DNA of 45,483 nt. It comes from an uncultured bacterium. GTDB lineage: Bacteria > Bacillota > Clostridia > Oscillospirales > Oscillospiraceae. The stretch lies in NCBI GenBank assembly GCA_949288405.1, contig CASEKM010000001.1, positions 1 to 45,483 of the forward strand. The letters are read 5' to 3'. How positions within the stretch are numbered: position 1 is the stretch's first letter; every line of letters begins with the position of its first letter. Below the pieces are notes generated by a model. That model was not told the origin of the DNA. It ran no database searches and saw only the letters and a program-made list of their open reading frames with translations. Positions 9,888-18,383 of the stretch are shown in pieces. The translations under genes were made by a program, and so were the position numbers.

Positions 9888-10825
9888 GCATCACCGTTTT
9901 GAATCCCGGCCTGCTGACCACGGTCCAGGACCTGGGCCGGGTGGGCTATCAGCAGTTCGGCGTGTCCGTCTCCGGCGTCATGGACCCCCGGGCCGCCGCC
10001 ACCGCCAACATCCTGGTGGGCAACCCGGAGGACGAGGCGGTGCTGGAGTGCACCATGCTGGGGCCCCAGCTGCGCTTTGACGCGGCCAACACCATCGCCA
10101 TCACCGGCGGAGACCTGATGGCCTCCCTGGACGGGCAGCCGGTGCCCACCTACCGGGCCGTGGCCGTCCAGGCGGGACAGACCCTCCGCTTCCAGGCCCC
10201 CAAGACCGGATGCCGGGCCTACATCGCCTTTACCGGCGGCCTGGACATCCCCGTGGTCATGGGCAGCCGCTCCACCTACATGAAGGCCAAGATCGGCGGC
10301 TTCCAGGGCCGGAAGCTCCAGAAGGACGACGTGATCGGCTTCCGGGCCCCCGGCGCCCCCAAGAACCTGACGGAGCGGTACATCTACCCCGAGTTCATCC
10401 CCCGGCCGGTGTACACCATCCGGGTGGTGATGGGCCCCCAGGACGACGCCTTCACCCCCCAGGGCATCGCCACCTTCCTGGGAGAGACCTACTCTGTCAC
10501 CAACGAGTTTGACCGCATGGGCTGCCGCCTGGACGGGACCCCCATCCAGCACATCACCGACGGCAACATCATCTCCGACGGCATCGCCTTCGGGGCCATC
10601 CAGGTGCCCACCGAGGGCAAGCCCATCATCATGGGCGCCGACCGGCAGACCACCGGCGGCTACACCAAGATCGCCAACGTGATCTCCGCCGACTTCCGCC
10701 TCCTGGGCCAGCTGAAGGCCGGGGACAAGGTGAAGTTCGAGAAGGTGTCCATCCAGGAGGCCCAGCAGGCCCTGCTGAACCAGCGGGCCGCCCTGCGGAC
10801 CCTGCGCCGGTCGCTGGATATGTAA
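9884..10825 (+). CDS. pxpC: 5-oxoprolinase subunit C (KipA-like)
   Basis: PGLLTTVQDLGR, SGVMD, GSRSTY, GAIQVP..G.PII...DRQTTGGY.K; GTG start overlaps the pxpB stop. Confidence 0.95.
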   Translation: MSITVLNPGLLTTVQDLGRVGYQQFGVSVSGVMDPRAAATANILVGNPEDEAVLECTMLGPQLRFDAANTIAITGGDLMASLDGQPVPTYRAVAVQAGQTLRFQAPKTGCRAYIAFTGGLDIPVVMGSRSTYMKAKIGGFQGRKLQKDDVIGFRAPGAPKNLTERYIYPEFIPRPVYTIRVVMGPQDDAFTPQGIATFLGETYSVTNEFDRMGCRLDGTPIQHITDGNIISDGIAFGAIQVPTEGKPIIMGADRQTTGGYTKIANVISADFRLLGQLKAGDKVKFEKVSIQEAQQALLNQRAALRTLRRSLDM

Positions 10826-10879
10826 CCACAAAAAATTCCCGCTCCAAGGCGGGAGATAAAACAGAAGGGATGGTTTTTT

Positions 10880-11701
10880 ATGGCATTTGATATCACCCCC
10901 TATATCGACATGAAACCCGCTGAGGTGCGCAAGCTCATCCGGGAGGGCGTCATCGACTTCCCCACCGCCGGCATGTGCCGGGGCTATGCCCAGGCCAACC
11001 TGGCCATCCTGCCCCCGGAGTACGCCGCCGACTTTGAGCAGTTCACCAAGCTCAACCCCTTCCCCTGCCCGGTGCTGGAGATCATCCGGGGCACCCCGGA
11101 GACCCACGCCATGGGCGAGGGGGGCAACATCGTCACCGACATCCCCCGGTACCGCATCTATGAGAACGGCGTGTTCACCAAGGAGCTCACCGACGCCTCC
11201 GAGTACTGGAAGGAGGGCTATGTGGGCTTCCTGATCGGCTGCTCCTTCTCCTTTGAGGAGGCCCTGATGGCCGCCGGCATCCCCGTGCGCCACATCGAGA
11301 TGGGCCGCAACGTGCCCATGTACAAGACCAACATCCAGACCGTGAAGTCCGGCCCCTTTGAGGGACCCATGGTGTGCTCCATGCGGCCCATGACCCCGGA
11401 GCAGGCCCAGAAGGCCTATGACATCACCGTGAAGATGCCCAACGTCCACGGGGCCCCGGTACAGATCGGCGACCCGGAGAAGATCGGCGTCAAGGACGTG
11501 ATGAAGCCCGACTACGGCGATCCCGTGGAGATCCGTCCCGGCGAGGTGCCCGTGTTCTGGCCCTGCGGCGTCACCCCCCAGGCGGCGGTGGAGAACGCCA
11601 AGCCCCCCATCGTCATCACCCACGCCCCCGGCCATATGTTCATCACCGATATCCTCAATACGGAGCTGAACGACTATCTGGAGGCCCAGAAGCACAAGTA
11701 A
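10880..11701 (+). CDS. ycsI: YcsI/DUF1445 putative hydro-lyase (D-glutamate cyclase-like)
   Basis: GYAQANL, NPFPCP, TDIPRY, GCSFSFE, NVPMYKT, VFWPCGVTPQ, ITHAPGHMFITD. Confidence 0.9.
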   Translation: MAFDITPYIDMKPAEVRKLIREGVIDFPTAGMCRGYAQANLAILPPEYAADFEQFTKLNPFPCPVLEIIRGTPETHAMGEGGNIVTDIPRYRIYENGVFTKELTDASEYWKEGYVGFLIGCSFSFEEALMAAGIPVRHIEMGRNVPMYKTNIQTVKSGPFEGPMVCSMRPMTPEQAQKAYDITVKMPNVHGAPVQIGDPEKIGVKDVMKPDYGDPVEIRPGEVPVFWPCGVTPQAAVENAKPPIVITHAPGHMFITDILNTELNDYLEAQKHK

Positions 11702-11737
11702 CGTTCCCCCTGTATTCCCCCAGTCACCTCTTCCCAT

Positions 11738-11771
11738 TAAAACGGCCCCGGTCCCCTGCGGACCGGGGCCG
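11738..11771 (+). terminator. GC hairpin after the pxp operon (likely terminator)
   Basis: CGGCCCCGGTCC-CCTGC-GGACCGGGGCCG between convergent genes. Confidence 0.6.
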
Positions 11772-11978
11772 CAGACTGTTAAAAAAGTCCAAGGACTTTT
11801 TCAACAGCCTGCAAAAATGCCGTTACTTTCCCGCCGCGCAGCGGCGTAAAAGTCCTCGCTGCGCTCGCTGAACGCCTTGTCGTACAAGGCGTTCAGGGCA
11901 TTCGATCCCACTCGAGGCGGGCTGCCGCCCCCTCGAGCTCCCCCACCCATACTGAGGCGTTTTCTGCTCAATCGAGGG
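11771..11978. repeat. Structured non-coding repeat with IS-end-like inverted repeat
   Basis: GCAGACTGTTAAAAAAGTCC-AA-GGACTTTTTCAACAGCCTGC (18/20 inverted match) followed by further hairpins such as CTGAACGCCTTGT-CGT-ACAAGGCGTTCAG. Confidence 0.5.
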
Positions 11979-12605
11979 TCAGCCGCCCTCCCCGCACAGC
12001 GTCTGGAGCTCCTCCCGGCGCAGCAGGCGGATCTGCCGGTACTCCAGTGCCAGCACCCCGCCGCGGGCCAGGCTGTTGAGCTGCCGGCTCACCGTCACCC
12101 GGCTGGCGGAGATGGAGGCGGCAATCTCCTCCTGGGTACAGCGGACCACCCCCGCCTCATCGGCCCGGGACAGGAGGAACCGGGCCAGCCGCCACTGGGC
12201 GGGGCGGAAGGCCATGTCGTCCAGCTGCTCGGACAGCAGGCGCACCGTCCGGGCCAGGTACTGGAGCATGGCCATGGCCAGCTCCGGGTCCCGGGCCACC
12301 GCCTGGGTGACCAGCTCCCGGTCGATGGGCACCAGCTCGCAGGGGGTGAGGGCCACCGCCGAGGACACCCGGGGCAGCCGGTCAAAGAAGGAGGCCTCCC
12401 CGAAGAGGCTCCCCGCCTGGTACAGATTCAGCACCCGCTCCGCCCCGCCGCCGGACTGGATGAAGCTCTTCACCCGCCCCTTTTTCAGGTAGTAGAAGCA
12501 GGTGGCCTCCGTGTCCTGCAGATAGATCAGGTGTCCCGGGGAGCACCGCACCGCCGGGCGGCTCTCGGCGAAGGTCTTCCAGGGGCCCAGTTCAAAGTTC
12601 TCCAA
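11979..12605 (-). CDS. Crp/Fnr-family transcriptional regulator
   Basis: cNMP-binding fold (YYLKKGRVK, SLFGEASFF, RVSSAVA) and C-terminal HTH (TQEEIAASISASRVTVSRQL). Confidence 0.93.
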   Translation of the reverse strand: MENFELGPWKTFAESRPAVRCSPGHLIYLQDTEATCFYYLKKGRVKSFIQSGGGAERVLNLYQAGSLFGEASFFDRLPRVSSAVALTPCELVPIDRELVTQAVARDPELAMAMLQYLARTVRLLSEQLDDMAFRPAQWRLARFLLSRADEAGVVRCTQEEIAASISASRVTVSRQLNSLARGGVLALEYRQIRLLRREELQTLCGEGG

Positions 12606-12784
12606 AGCGCATCCGCTCCTTTCGCGGGGCGGCCTGCGGCCGCCCGGTCGTCCCGGCGCTTCCGCCGCCGCTTGCGGCGCGGTAGGGGGACATATTTTTC
12701 TTTTGATTGTATCATACTTAACATTCTTTTTCCATGGTTTCTGTTAGGCTGGAGGCAAGAAAAAACGAGGAGGGATCATTCGCT

Positions 12785-14041
12785 ATGGGAATGACCATGA
12801 CGCAGAAAATCCTGGCCAAGCACGCCGGGCTGGATCACGTGGAGGTGGGGGAGCTCATCGAGGCCAAGGTGGACATGGTGCTGGGCAACGACATCACCAC
12901 TCCGGTGGCCATCACCGAGTTTGAGAAGGCGGGCTTCACCCAGGTCTTTGACAAGGACAAGATCTCCATCGTCCTGGACCACTACACCCCCTGCAAGGAC
13001 ATCAAGTCCGCCGAGCTGTGCCTGCAGGCCCGGACCTTCGCCCACAAGCATAACATCACCAACTTCTTCGACGTGGGCCAGATGGGGGTGGAGCACGCCC
13101 TGCTGCCCGAGAAGGGGCTGTGCGCCCCTGGGGAGATCATCGTGGGAGCCGACTCCCACACCTGCACCTACGGGGCGCTGGGGGCCTTCTCCACCGGCAT
13201 CGGCTCCACCGACATGGCCGCCGCCATGGCCACCGGCTTTCTGTGGTTCAAGGTGCCCGCCGCCATCAAGGTGACCCTCAAGGGCAAGCTGCAGCCCATG
13301 GTGTCCGGCAAGGACGTGATCCTCCACCTGATCGGCCAGATCGGGGTGGACGGCGCCCTGTACCAGTCCCTGGAGTTCGCCGGGGAGGGCGTGGCCTCCC
13401 TGTCCATGGACGACCGGTTCACCATCTCCAACATGGCCATCGAGGCGGGCGGCAAGAACGGCATCTTCCCCGTGGACGAGAAGACCATGGAGTACATCAA
13501 CGGCCGGGTGGACCGCCCCTGCGAGGCCTTCGAGGCCGACCCGGACGCGGTGTACGCCCGGGAGGTGGTCATCGACCTGGATACCCTGGAGCCCACCGTG
13601 GCCATGCCCCACCTGCCGGAGAACACCAAGGTGGTGTCTGAGGTGGCCGGCCTGCCCATCAACCAGGTGGTCATCGGCTCCTGCACCAACGGCCGCATCA
13701 GCGACCTGCGCGCCGCCGCCGCCGTCCTCAAGGGCAAGAAGGTGGCGGACAACGTGCGGTGCATCGTCATCCCCGCCACCCAGGAGATCGTTCTCCAGGC
13801 CATGAAGGAGGGCCTCATTCAGACCTTCATCGAGGCCGGCTGCGCCGTCTCCACCCCCACCTGCGGCCCCTGCCTGGGGGGACACATGGGCGTCATGGCC
13901 GAGGGGGAGCGCACCGTCTCCACCACCAACCGCAACTTCGTGGGCCGCATGGGCCACGTGAGCTCTGAGGTCATCCTGGCCTCCCCCGCCGTGGCCGCCG
14001 CCTCCGCCGTGGCCGGCTGTGTGGCCGATCCCCGCGTCTGA
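12785..14041 (+). CDS. leuC: 3-isopropylmalate dehydratase large subunit
   Basis: [46 protein letters not shown]. Confidence 0.92.
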   Translation: MGMTMTQKILAKHAGLDHVEVGELIEAKVDMVLGNDITTPVAITEFEKAGFTQVFDKDKISIVLDHYTPCKDIKSAELCLQARTFAHKHNITNFFDVGQMGVEHALLPEKGLCAPGEIIVGADSHTCTYGALGAFSTGIGSTDMAAAMATGFLWFKVPAAIKVTLKGKLQPMVSGKDVILHLIGQIGVDGALYQSLEFAGEGVASLSMDDRFTISNMAIEAGGKNGIFPVDEKTMEYINGRVDRPCEAFEADPDAVYAREVVIDLDTLEPTVAMPHLPENTKVVSEVAGLPINQVVIGSCTNGRISDLRAAAAVLKGKKVADNVRCIVIPATQEIVLQAMKEGLIQTFIEAGCAVSTPTCGPCLGGHMGVMAEGERTVSTTNRNFVGRMGHVSSEVILASPAVAAASAVAGCVADPRV

Positions 14042-14150
14042 AACGCACAGCGTTTCAGACGCAATGAGGAATTAGAAGTTAGGAATTAGGAATTTTGTCC
14101 GGCGCAGCTGGACACCCTGTCTCCACTCTCAACTCTTCACTCTCCACTCT
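14034..14150. repeat. Perfect hairpin plus two heptamer tandem arrays between leuC and leuD
   Basis: GCGTCTGAAACGC-ACA-GCGTTTCAGACGC; (AGGAATT)-like x4 at 14067-14094; (CTCCACT)-like x4 at 14121-14148. Confidence 0.75.
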
Positions 14151-14188
14151 ATAAAAAAGAGTTTATCGAGAAAGGAATTGACCGATCT

Positions 14189-14674
14189 ATGAAGGTATAT
14201 AAGTACGGCGCCAACGTGGACACCGACGTGATCATCCCCGCCCGGCACCTGAACGACCCCTCCCCTGCCGCCCTGGCCTCCCACTGCATGGAGGACATCG
14301 ACGCCTCCTTCGCCTCCACCGTGGAGGCGGGGGACATCGTGGTGGCCGGCCCCAACTTCGGCTGCGGCTCCAGCCGGGAGCACGCCCCCCTGGCGCTCAA
14401 GTCCTGCGGGGTGAAGTGCGTCATCGCCCCCTCCTTCGCCCGCATCTTCTACCGCAACGCCATCAACATCGGCTTCCCCATCGTGGAGTGCGCCCAGGCG
14501 GCCGAGGAGATCCAGGCCGGGGACCAGGTGGACGTGGACTTTTCTACTGGCGTGATTACAGACACTACCCAGGGCAAGACCTGGCAGGCCGCCCCCTTCC
14601 CGGCGTTCATTGACGGGATCATCCAGAGCGGCGGGCTGCTCAACTCCCTGAAAGCGCGGGGGGTGGCGAAATGA
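14189..14674 (+). CDS. leuD: 3-isopropylmalate dehydratase small subunit
   Basis: NVDTDVIIPA, NFGCGSSREHA, SFARIFYRNAINIG. Confidence 0.92.
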   Translation: MKVYKYGANVDTDVIIPARHLNDPSPAALASHCMEDIDASFASTVEAGDIVVAGPNFGCGSSREHAPLALKSCGVKCVIAPSFARIFYRNAINIGFPIVECAQAAEEIQAGDQVDVDFSTGVITDTTQGKTWQAAPFPAFIDGIIQSGGLLNSLKARGVAK

Positions 14675-15747
14675 ACTACAAGATCGCATTGATCCGGGGC
14701 GACGGCATCGGCCCCGAGGTGGTGGGCGAGGCCGTCAAGGTCATGGAGGCCGTGGGGGAGAAGTTCGGCCACACCTTCACCTTTGAGGACATTCTCATGG
14801 GCGGCTGCGCCATTGACGCGGTGGGCAAGTCCTACCCGGAGGGCACGGCGGAGAAGTGCAAAGCCTGCGACGCGGTCCTCCTGGGGGCGGTGGGCGGACC
14901 CAAGTGGGGCCACTCCACCGACCCGGACAAGCGGCCCGAGACCGCCCTGCTGTCCATCCGCAAGGACCTGGGGCTGTACGCCAACCTGCGCCCCGCCGCC
15001 CTGCGCCCCGCCCTGGCCGACGCCTGCCCCCTGAAGAAGGAGACGGCGGAGAAGGGCATCGACCTGATGATGGTCCGGGAACTCACTGGCGGCATCTACT
15101 TCGGCAAGAAGGAGCGCTACCAGACCGAGGACCGGGGTGAGGAGGCCGCCGACCGGATGGCCTACTCCGAGCAGGAGATCGAGCGCATCGGCCGCCGGGC
15201 CTTCGAGCTGGCCCGTCTCCGCCGGGGAAAGGTGTCCAGCGTGGACAAGGCCAACGTACTGGAGACCTCCCGCCTGTGGCGGTCCATCATGCACCGCCTG
15301 GCGGAGGAGTACAGCGACGTGCAGTATGAGGACGTGCTGGTGGACAACGCCGCCATGCAGCTGGTGCGGGACCCCAGCCAGTTCGACGTGGTGGTCACCG
15401 AGAACATGTTCGGGGACATCCTCTCCGACGAGGCCAGTATGATCACCGGCTCCATCGGCCTGCTGCCCTCCGCCTCCATCGGGGACACCGCCCCCGGCCT
15501 GTACGAGCCCATCCACGGCTCCGCCCCCGACATCGCCGGGCAGGACAAGGCCAACCCCATCGCCACCATCCTGTCGGTGGCCATGATGTTCCGGTACTCC
15601 TTCCACCTGGCCGACGAGGCCGCCGCCATCGAAAAGGCGGTGGACGCCGTCCTGGCCCAGGGCTGGCGCACCCCCGACATCGCCAAGGCGGGAGAGACCG
15701 CCATCGGCACCCAGGAGATGGGCCGCCGCATCCGGGAGGCCCTGTAA
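14671..15747 (+). CDS. leuB: 3-isopropylmalate dehydrogenase
   Basis: GDGIGPEV, RELTGGIYFG, VDKANVL, NMFGDILSDEAS, EPIHGSAPDIAG..ANP. Confidence 0.96.
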   Translation: MNYKIALIRGDGIGPEVVGEAVKVMEAVGEKFGHTFTFEDILMGGCAIDAVGKSYPEGTAEKCKACDAVLLGAVGGPKWGHSTDPDKRPETALLSIRKDLGLYANLRPAALRPALADACPLKKETAEKGIDLMMVRELTGGIYFGKKERYQTEDRGEEAADRMAYSEQEIERIGRRAFELARLRRGKVSSVDKANVLETSRLWRSIMHRLAEEYSDVQYEDVLVDNAAMQLVRDPSQFDVVVTENMFGDILSDEASMITGSIGLLPSASIGDTAPGLYEPIHGSAPDIAGQDKANPIATILSVAMMFRYSFHLADEAAAIEKAVDAVLAQGWRTPDIAKAGETAIGTQEMGRRIREAL

Positions 15748-15761
15748 CATTAGATCCCCAC

Positions 15762-15817
15762 CAACAGACAAGCGGAAAGAGATCTCTCTCCTTCCGCTTG
15801 TCTGTTTTCCTGTTTTT
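15762..15817. terminator. Probable bidirectional terminator between leuB and the spoIVA 3' end
   Basis: AACAGACAAGCGGAA...TTCCGCTTGTCTGTTTT between convergent genes. Confidence 0.75.
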
Positions 15818-15825
15818 GTGGGCGG

Positions 15826-16101
15826 TCACAGAATGATGCAGATGAGGCCCCCGGAGCCCTCGTTGATAATCCGCTGGAGGGTCTCCCGCAGCTTTTCCCG
15901 GGCGTCCTCGGGCATGCGCTTCACCTTGGCGTTCAGGTCCTCCCCCACCAGCTCGTGGAAGGACTTGCCGAAGATGTTGGACTGCCAGATCTTGGCCGTG
16001 TCCCCCTCAAACTCCTGGAGCAGGTAGTGGATCATCTCCTCGCTCTGCTTCTCGCTGCCCACGATGGGGGATACCTCGGTCTCAATGTCGGCTCGGATCA
16101 T
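15826..16101 (-). CDS. spoIVA: Stage IV sporulation protein A, 3' fragment (residues 402-492 of the reconstituted gene)
   Basis: MIRADIETEVSPIVGSEKQSEE...IWQSNIFGKS...KLRETLQRIINEGSGGLICIIL is the recognisable SpoIVA C-terminus. Confidence 0.95.
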   Translation of the reverse strand: MIRADIETEVSPIVGSEKQSEEMIHYLLQEFEGDTAKIWQSNIFGKSFHELVGEDLNAKVKRMPEDAREKLRETLQRIINEGSGGLICIIL

Positions 16102-17741
16102 ATGTATTGTCTGGTACAAACAGAAGTACCTCCTCTTATTCGCTGAATCGAATATTCCTGCGCCTCTGGTATTGCCCTTAGATAGACTTTAGCCGTAATT
16201 CTGTCCTTCTGCTCTGTCCCGTTGACCTCAATGTGATCCAGCAGCGTGTCGATCACGCCCTCAGAGAAGCCATTCCCAAAATTCAGTTCTTTGGTAATCA
16301 CTTGTCGGAGCATCTCAATGGACTGCATCATGTCTTTGTTTTTCAGCTTCTCTGCTTCCAGCTCCTGAAGCTGCTCCTGTAACTTTTCTAATTCTTCATT
16401 AAAACGATTATTTCGCGTACTGAACTCCTGGTCTGTAATTCTCCCATCAATATTCAAATCTAAGAGACGGTCTTTCCTGCGCAAGATTTCATCCATATCC
16501 GCTTTACACTTGGCAATCTCTTTCTCCGTCTTTGCCCCACTCTCGATGGAGCTATAAACCTGAATCAGCTCGTGGACGATCTCCGCCTTATGAATGGCTA
16601 CCTCCTCTAGTGACTTCCGCATGATGTCATCCAGCTCGCTGGTATAGATGATCGGAGAGGGGCATCCGCTCTTTCCCCTCTTGGAGTACTCCTGGCACTG
16701 CCAGACCTCCTTGTTTCCGCTCTTATAGCGGTACAGAGAGCGATAATAGGGGGTGTGGTGAATCCCACAGATAATTTTACCGCTGTATGGGTACTTGTTC
16801 TGATAGCTGCTCTTATCCTCTGCACTTTGCTTAGCAAACCGTTTCATCAGGATCAAGTTGGCCTTCTCCCACAGTTCTTCAGACACAATGGCCGGCACAT
16901 TCTCTTCATCCTTGTACATGACCCACTGATCCGGCGTGAAGTTCTTGATTTTACTGAGCTTGTAGTCAATCTTTGTACTTTTTCTTCCACAGTAGTAGCC
17001 TTTATACTTGGGATTGCTCAATATACCTCGAATGGTACTAAATGAAAAGCCGTTCCCATTGGTGTTCCGATAGCCGCGGTCGGTCAAGTAGTTTGCAATC
17101 GTCCTGATCCCCATTCTCTGATTGGCATAGAGTTCAAAGATCAGGCGTACAACCTCTGCCTCTTTCTCGTCAATTACAAGACTACCATTCTGTTTTTGAT
17201 ACCCCCAGATCCGGTTGTTGCCCAGGACAGTCCCATTCTCAATGGCTCGCTTAAAACCGAACTTTACTCGCTCGGAAATCTTGCGTACCTCGTCTTGTGC
17301 AATGCTGGACATAATGGTTAGCCTCAGCTCCGCATCAGGCATAAGCGTATTGATATTATCTGACTGAAACAGCACTCCTACCCCGCTTTTTAATAGCTCC
17401 TGGGTATACTGAATACTGTCCAGGGTACTGCGAGAGAAGCGTGAGATCTCCTTCGTAATGATAAAGTCAAAGTGTCCGTCTTTTGCATCATCAATCATCC
17501 GCAAGAAGTTCTCCCGCTTGTGAACGCTGGTTCCGCTGATCCCTTCATCGACATATCCTTCTACATACGCCCAGTTTGGGCATTTCTGGATCAAATCAGA
17601 GTAATACTGCACCTGGGCAGAGAGGGAATGAATCTGTTCGTCTTTATCTGTGGAGACACGGGCGTAATAGGTCACCCTGAGAGGAAGTTCATAAATGCTC
17701 TTCCCTGCGTTAAGCGCAATACGAATTTCATATAAGTCCAA
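16098..17741 (-). CDS. Large serine recombinase (resolvase + recombinase + Zn-ribbon/coiled coil)
   Basis: YYARVST..EQ..SL..Q, DEGISG, KEISRFSR, AQDEVRKISERVKFG, ILSNPKYKG, C..H...C...C; stop codon lies in the att core. Confidence 0.96.
   Translation of the reverse strand: MDLYEIRIALNAGKSIYELPLRVTYYARVSTDKDEQIHSLSAQVQYYSDLIQKCPNWAYVEGYVDEGISGTSVHKRENFLRMIDDAKDGHFDFIITKEISRFSRSTLDSIQYTQELLKSGVGVLFQSDNINTLMPDAELRLTIMSSIAQDEVRKISERVKFGFKRAIENGTVLGNNRIWGYQKQNGSLVIDEKEAEVVRLIFELYANQRMGIRTIANYLTDRGYRNTNGNGFSFSTIRGILSNPKYKGYYCGRKSTKIDYKLSKIKNFTPDQWVMYKDEENVPAIVSEELWEKANLILMKRFAKQSAEDKSSYQNKYPYSGKIICGIHHTPYYRSLYRYKSGNKEVWQCQEYSKRGKSGCPSPIIYTSELDDIMRKSLEEVAIHKAEIVHELIQVYSSIESGAKTEKEIAKCKADMDEILRRKDRLLDLNIDGRITDQEFSTRNNRFNEELEKLQEQLQELEAEKLKNKDMMQSIEMLRQVITKELNFGNGFSEGVIDTLLDHIEVNGTEQKDRITAKVYLRAIPEAQEYSIQRIRGGTSVCTRQYI
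16100..16127. other. Left attachment site (core plus element-side arm)
   Basis: ATATG followed by TATTGTCTGGTACAAACAGAAGT; the arm is an 18/23 inverted match to the arm at 40320-40342. Confidence 0.9.
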
Positions 17742-17753
17742 GAGCGCGCCCCC

Positions 17754-17773
17754 CTAAACTTCTGTTTGTTTCA
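17754..17773. promoter_or_regulatory. att-arm-like half site upstream of the recombinase start
   Basis: CTAAACTTCTGTTTGTTTCA: 12-bp exact match to the left arm (ACTTCTGTTTGT) and 10-bp exact match to the right end (CTAAACTTCT). Confidence 0.6.
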
Positions 17774-17992
17774 TTATCAAATAATTTGTAGTTAACCAGC
17801 ATCTTTGTTCCGATACTAAAAGCTGCAAAAAAGTAAGGATAAGTCTATCTTGGAACAAGAAAAAAGAGAAACACTGAATATAGTCCTAAAATGACCATCA
17901 TTCGGCATTTCTCTTCTAAGCGCTAGGGTAGATCTCGATATAAGACAAATTGGGGCATTTTGAGCGTGAACACCTCTCCCCTACATCTTCTG

Positions 17993-18130
17993 TCAGCCCT
18001 TCCTTTTCTCTACAATCTTTATTTTTGCCTGTTCATATATTTCCCGGCTTATTTCCCCCTTTACGTACAAATTTTCATTTATTTGCAGCATAATTTCATG
18101 GACTAACTCGTTTTTCGCTTGTTCCAACAT
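17993..18130 (-). CDS. 45-aa SHOCT-like protein, candidate recombination directionality factor
   Basis: MLEQAKNELVHEIMLQINENLYVKGEISREIYEQAKIKIVEKRKG; GGAGGGAG RBS; upstream of and co-oriented with the recombinase; below the ORF-track size cutoff. Confidence 0.75.
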   Translation of the reverse strand: MLEQAKNELVHEIMLQINENLYVKGEISREIYEQAKIKIVEKRKG

Positions 18131-18150
18131 AGCACTCCCTCCATGGGACA

Positions 18151-18179
18151 ACTATATGCGTTCCTTATCCCTTCCATGT
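18151..18179 (-). promoter_or_regulatory. Sigma-E-like promoter of the small ORF
   Basis: ACATGGA-N14-CATATAGT; identical -10 box and spacing to the spoIVA promoter in this window. Confidence 0.65.
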
Positions 18180-18328
18180 ATCGAAAGGCGTGCTCAACAA
18201 ATTCTCTGAAAGATCATCATTTACCGCAACTGTATTGCAGATAATCTGACAAATTGGAAAATGTCCAAAATTTTTTGTTCTGCTTGACCAGAAATATCAA
18301 TCTTCGCCGCCAGATTGGTCCAGCACAT

Positions 18329-18371
18329 AAAATACCGCCACCTCAGGTATCCTGAGATGGCGGCTGTTTTT
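18329..18371 (-). terminator. Terminator after sbcC
   Basis: AAAATA-CCGCCACCTCAGG-TAT-CCTGAGATGGCGG-CTGTTTTT; separates the cargo from the recombination module. Confidence 0.8.
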
Positions 18372-18383
18372 GTAGCGAAGTTT

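Noticed and set aside
12703-12715. FNR box TTGAT-TGT-ATCAT
   Set aside because: Spacer is 3 bp rather than 4; the overlapping TGT-N10-ACA fits better.
34-15771. Long antisense or overlapping ORFs (e.g. 34-843, 1915-3615, 3591-5369, 5042-8065, 9845-11737, 12776-13957, 14449-15771)
   Set aside because: Shadow frames of GC-rich genes on the opposite strand; no motifs or RBS support.
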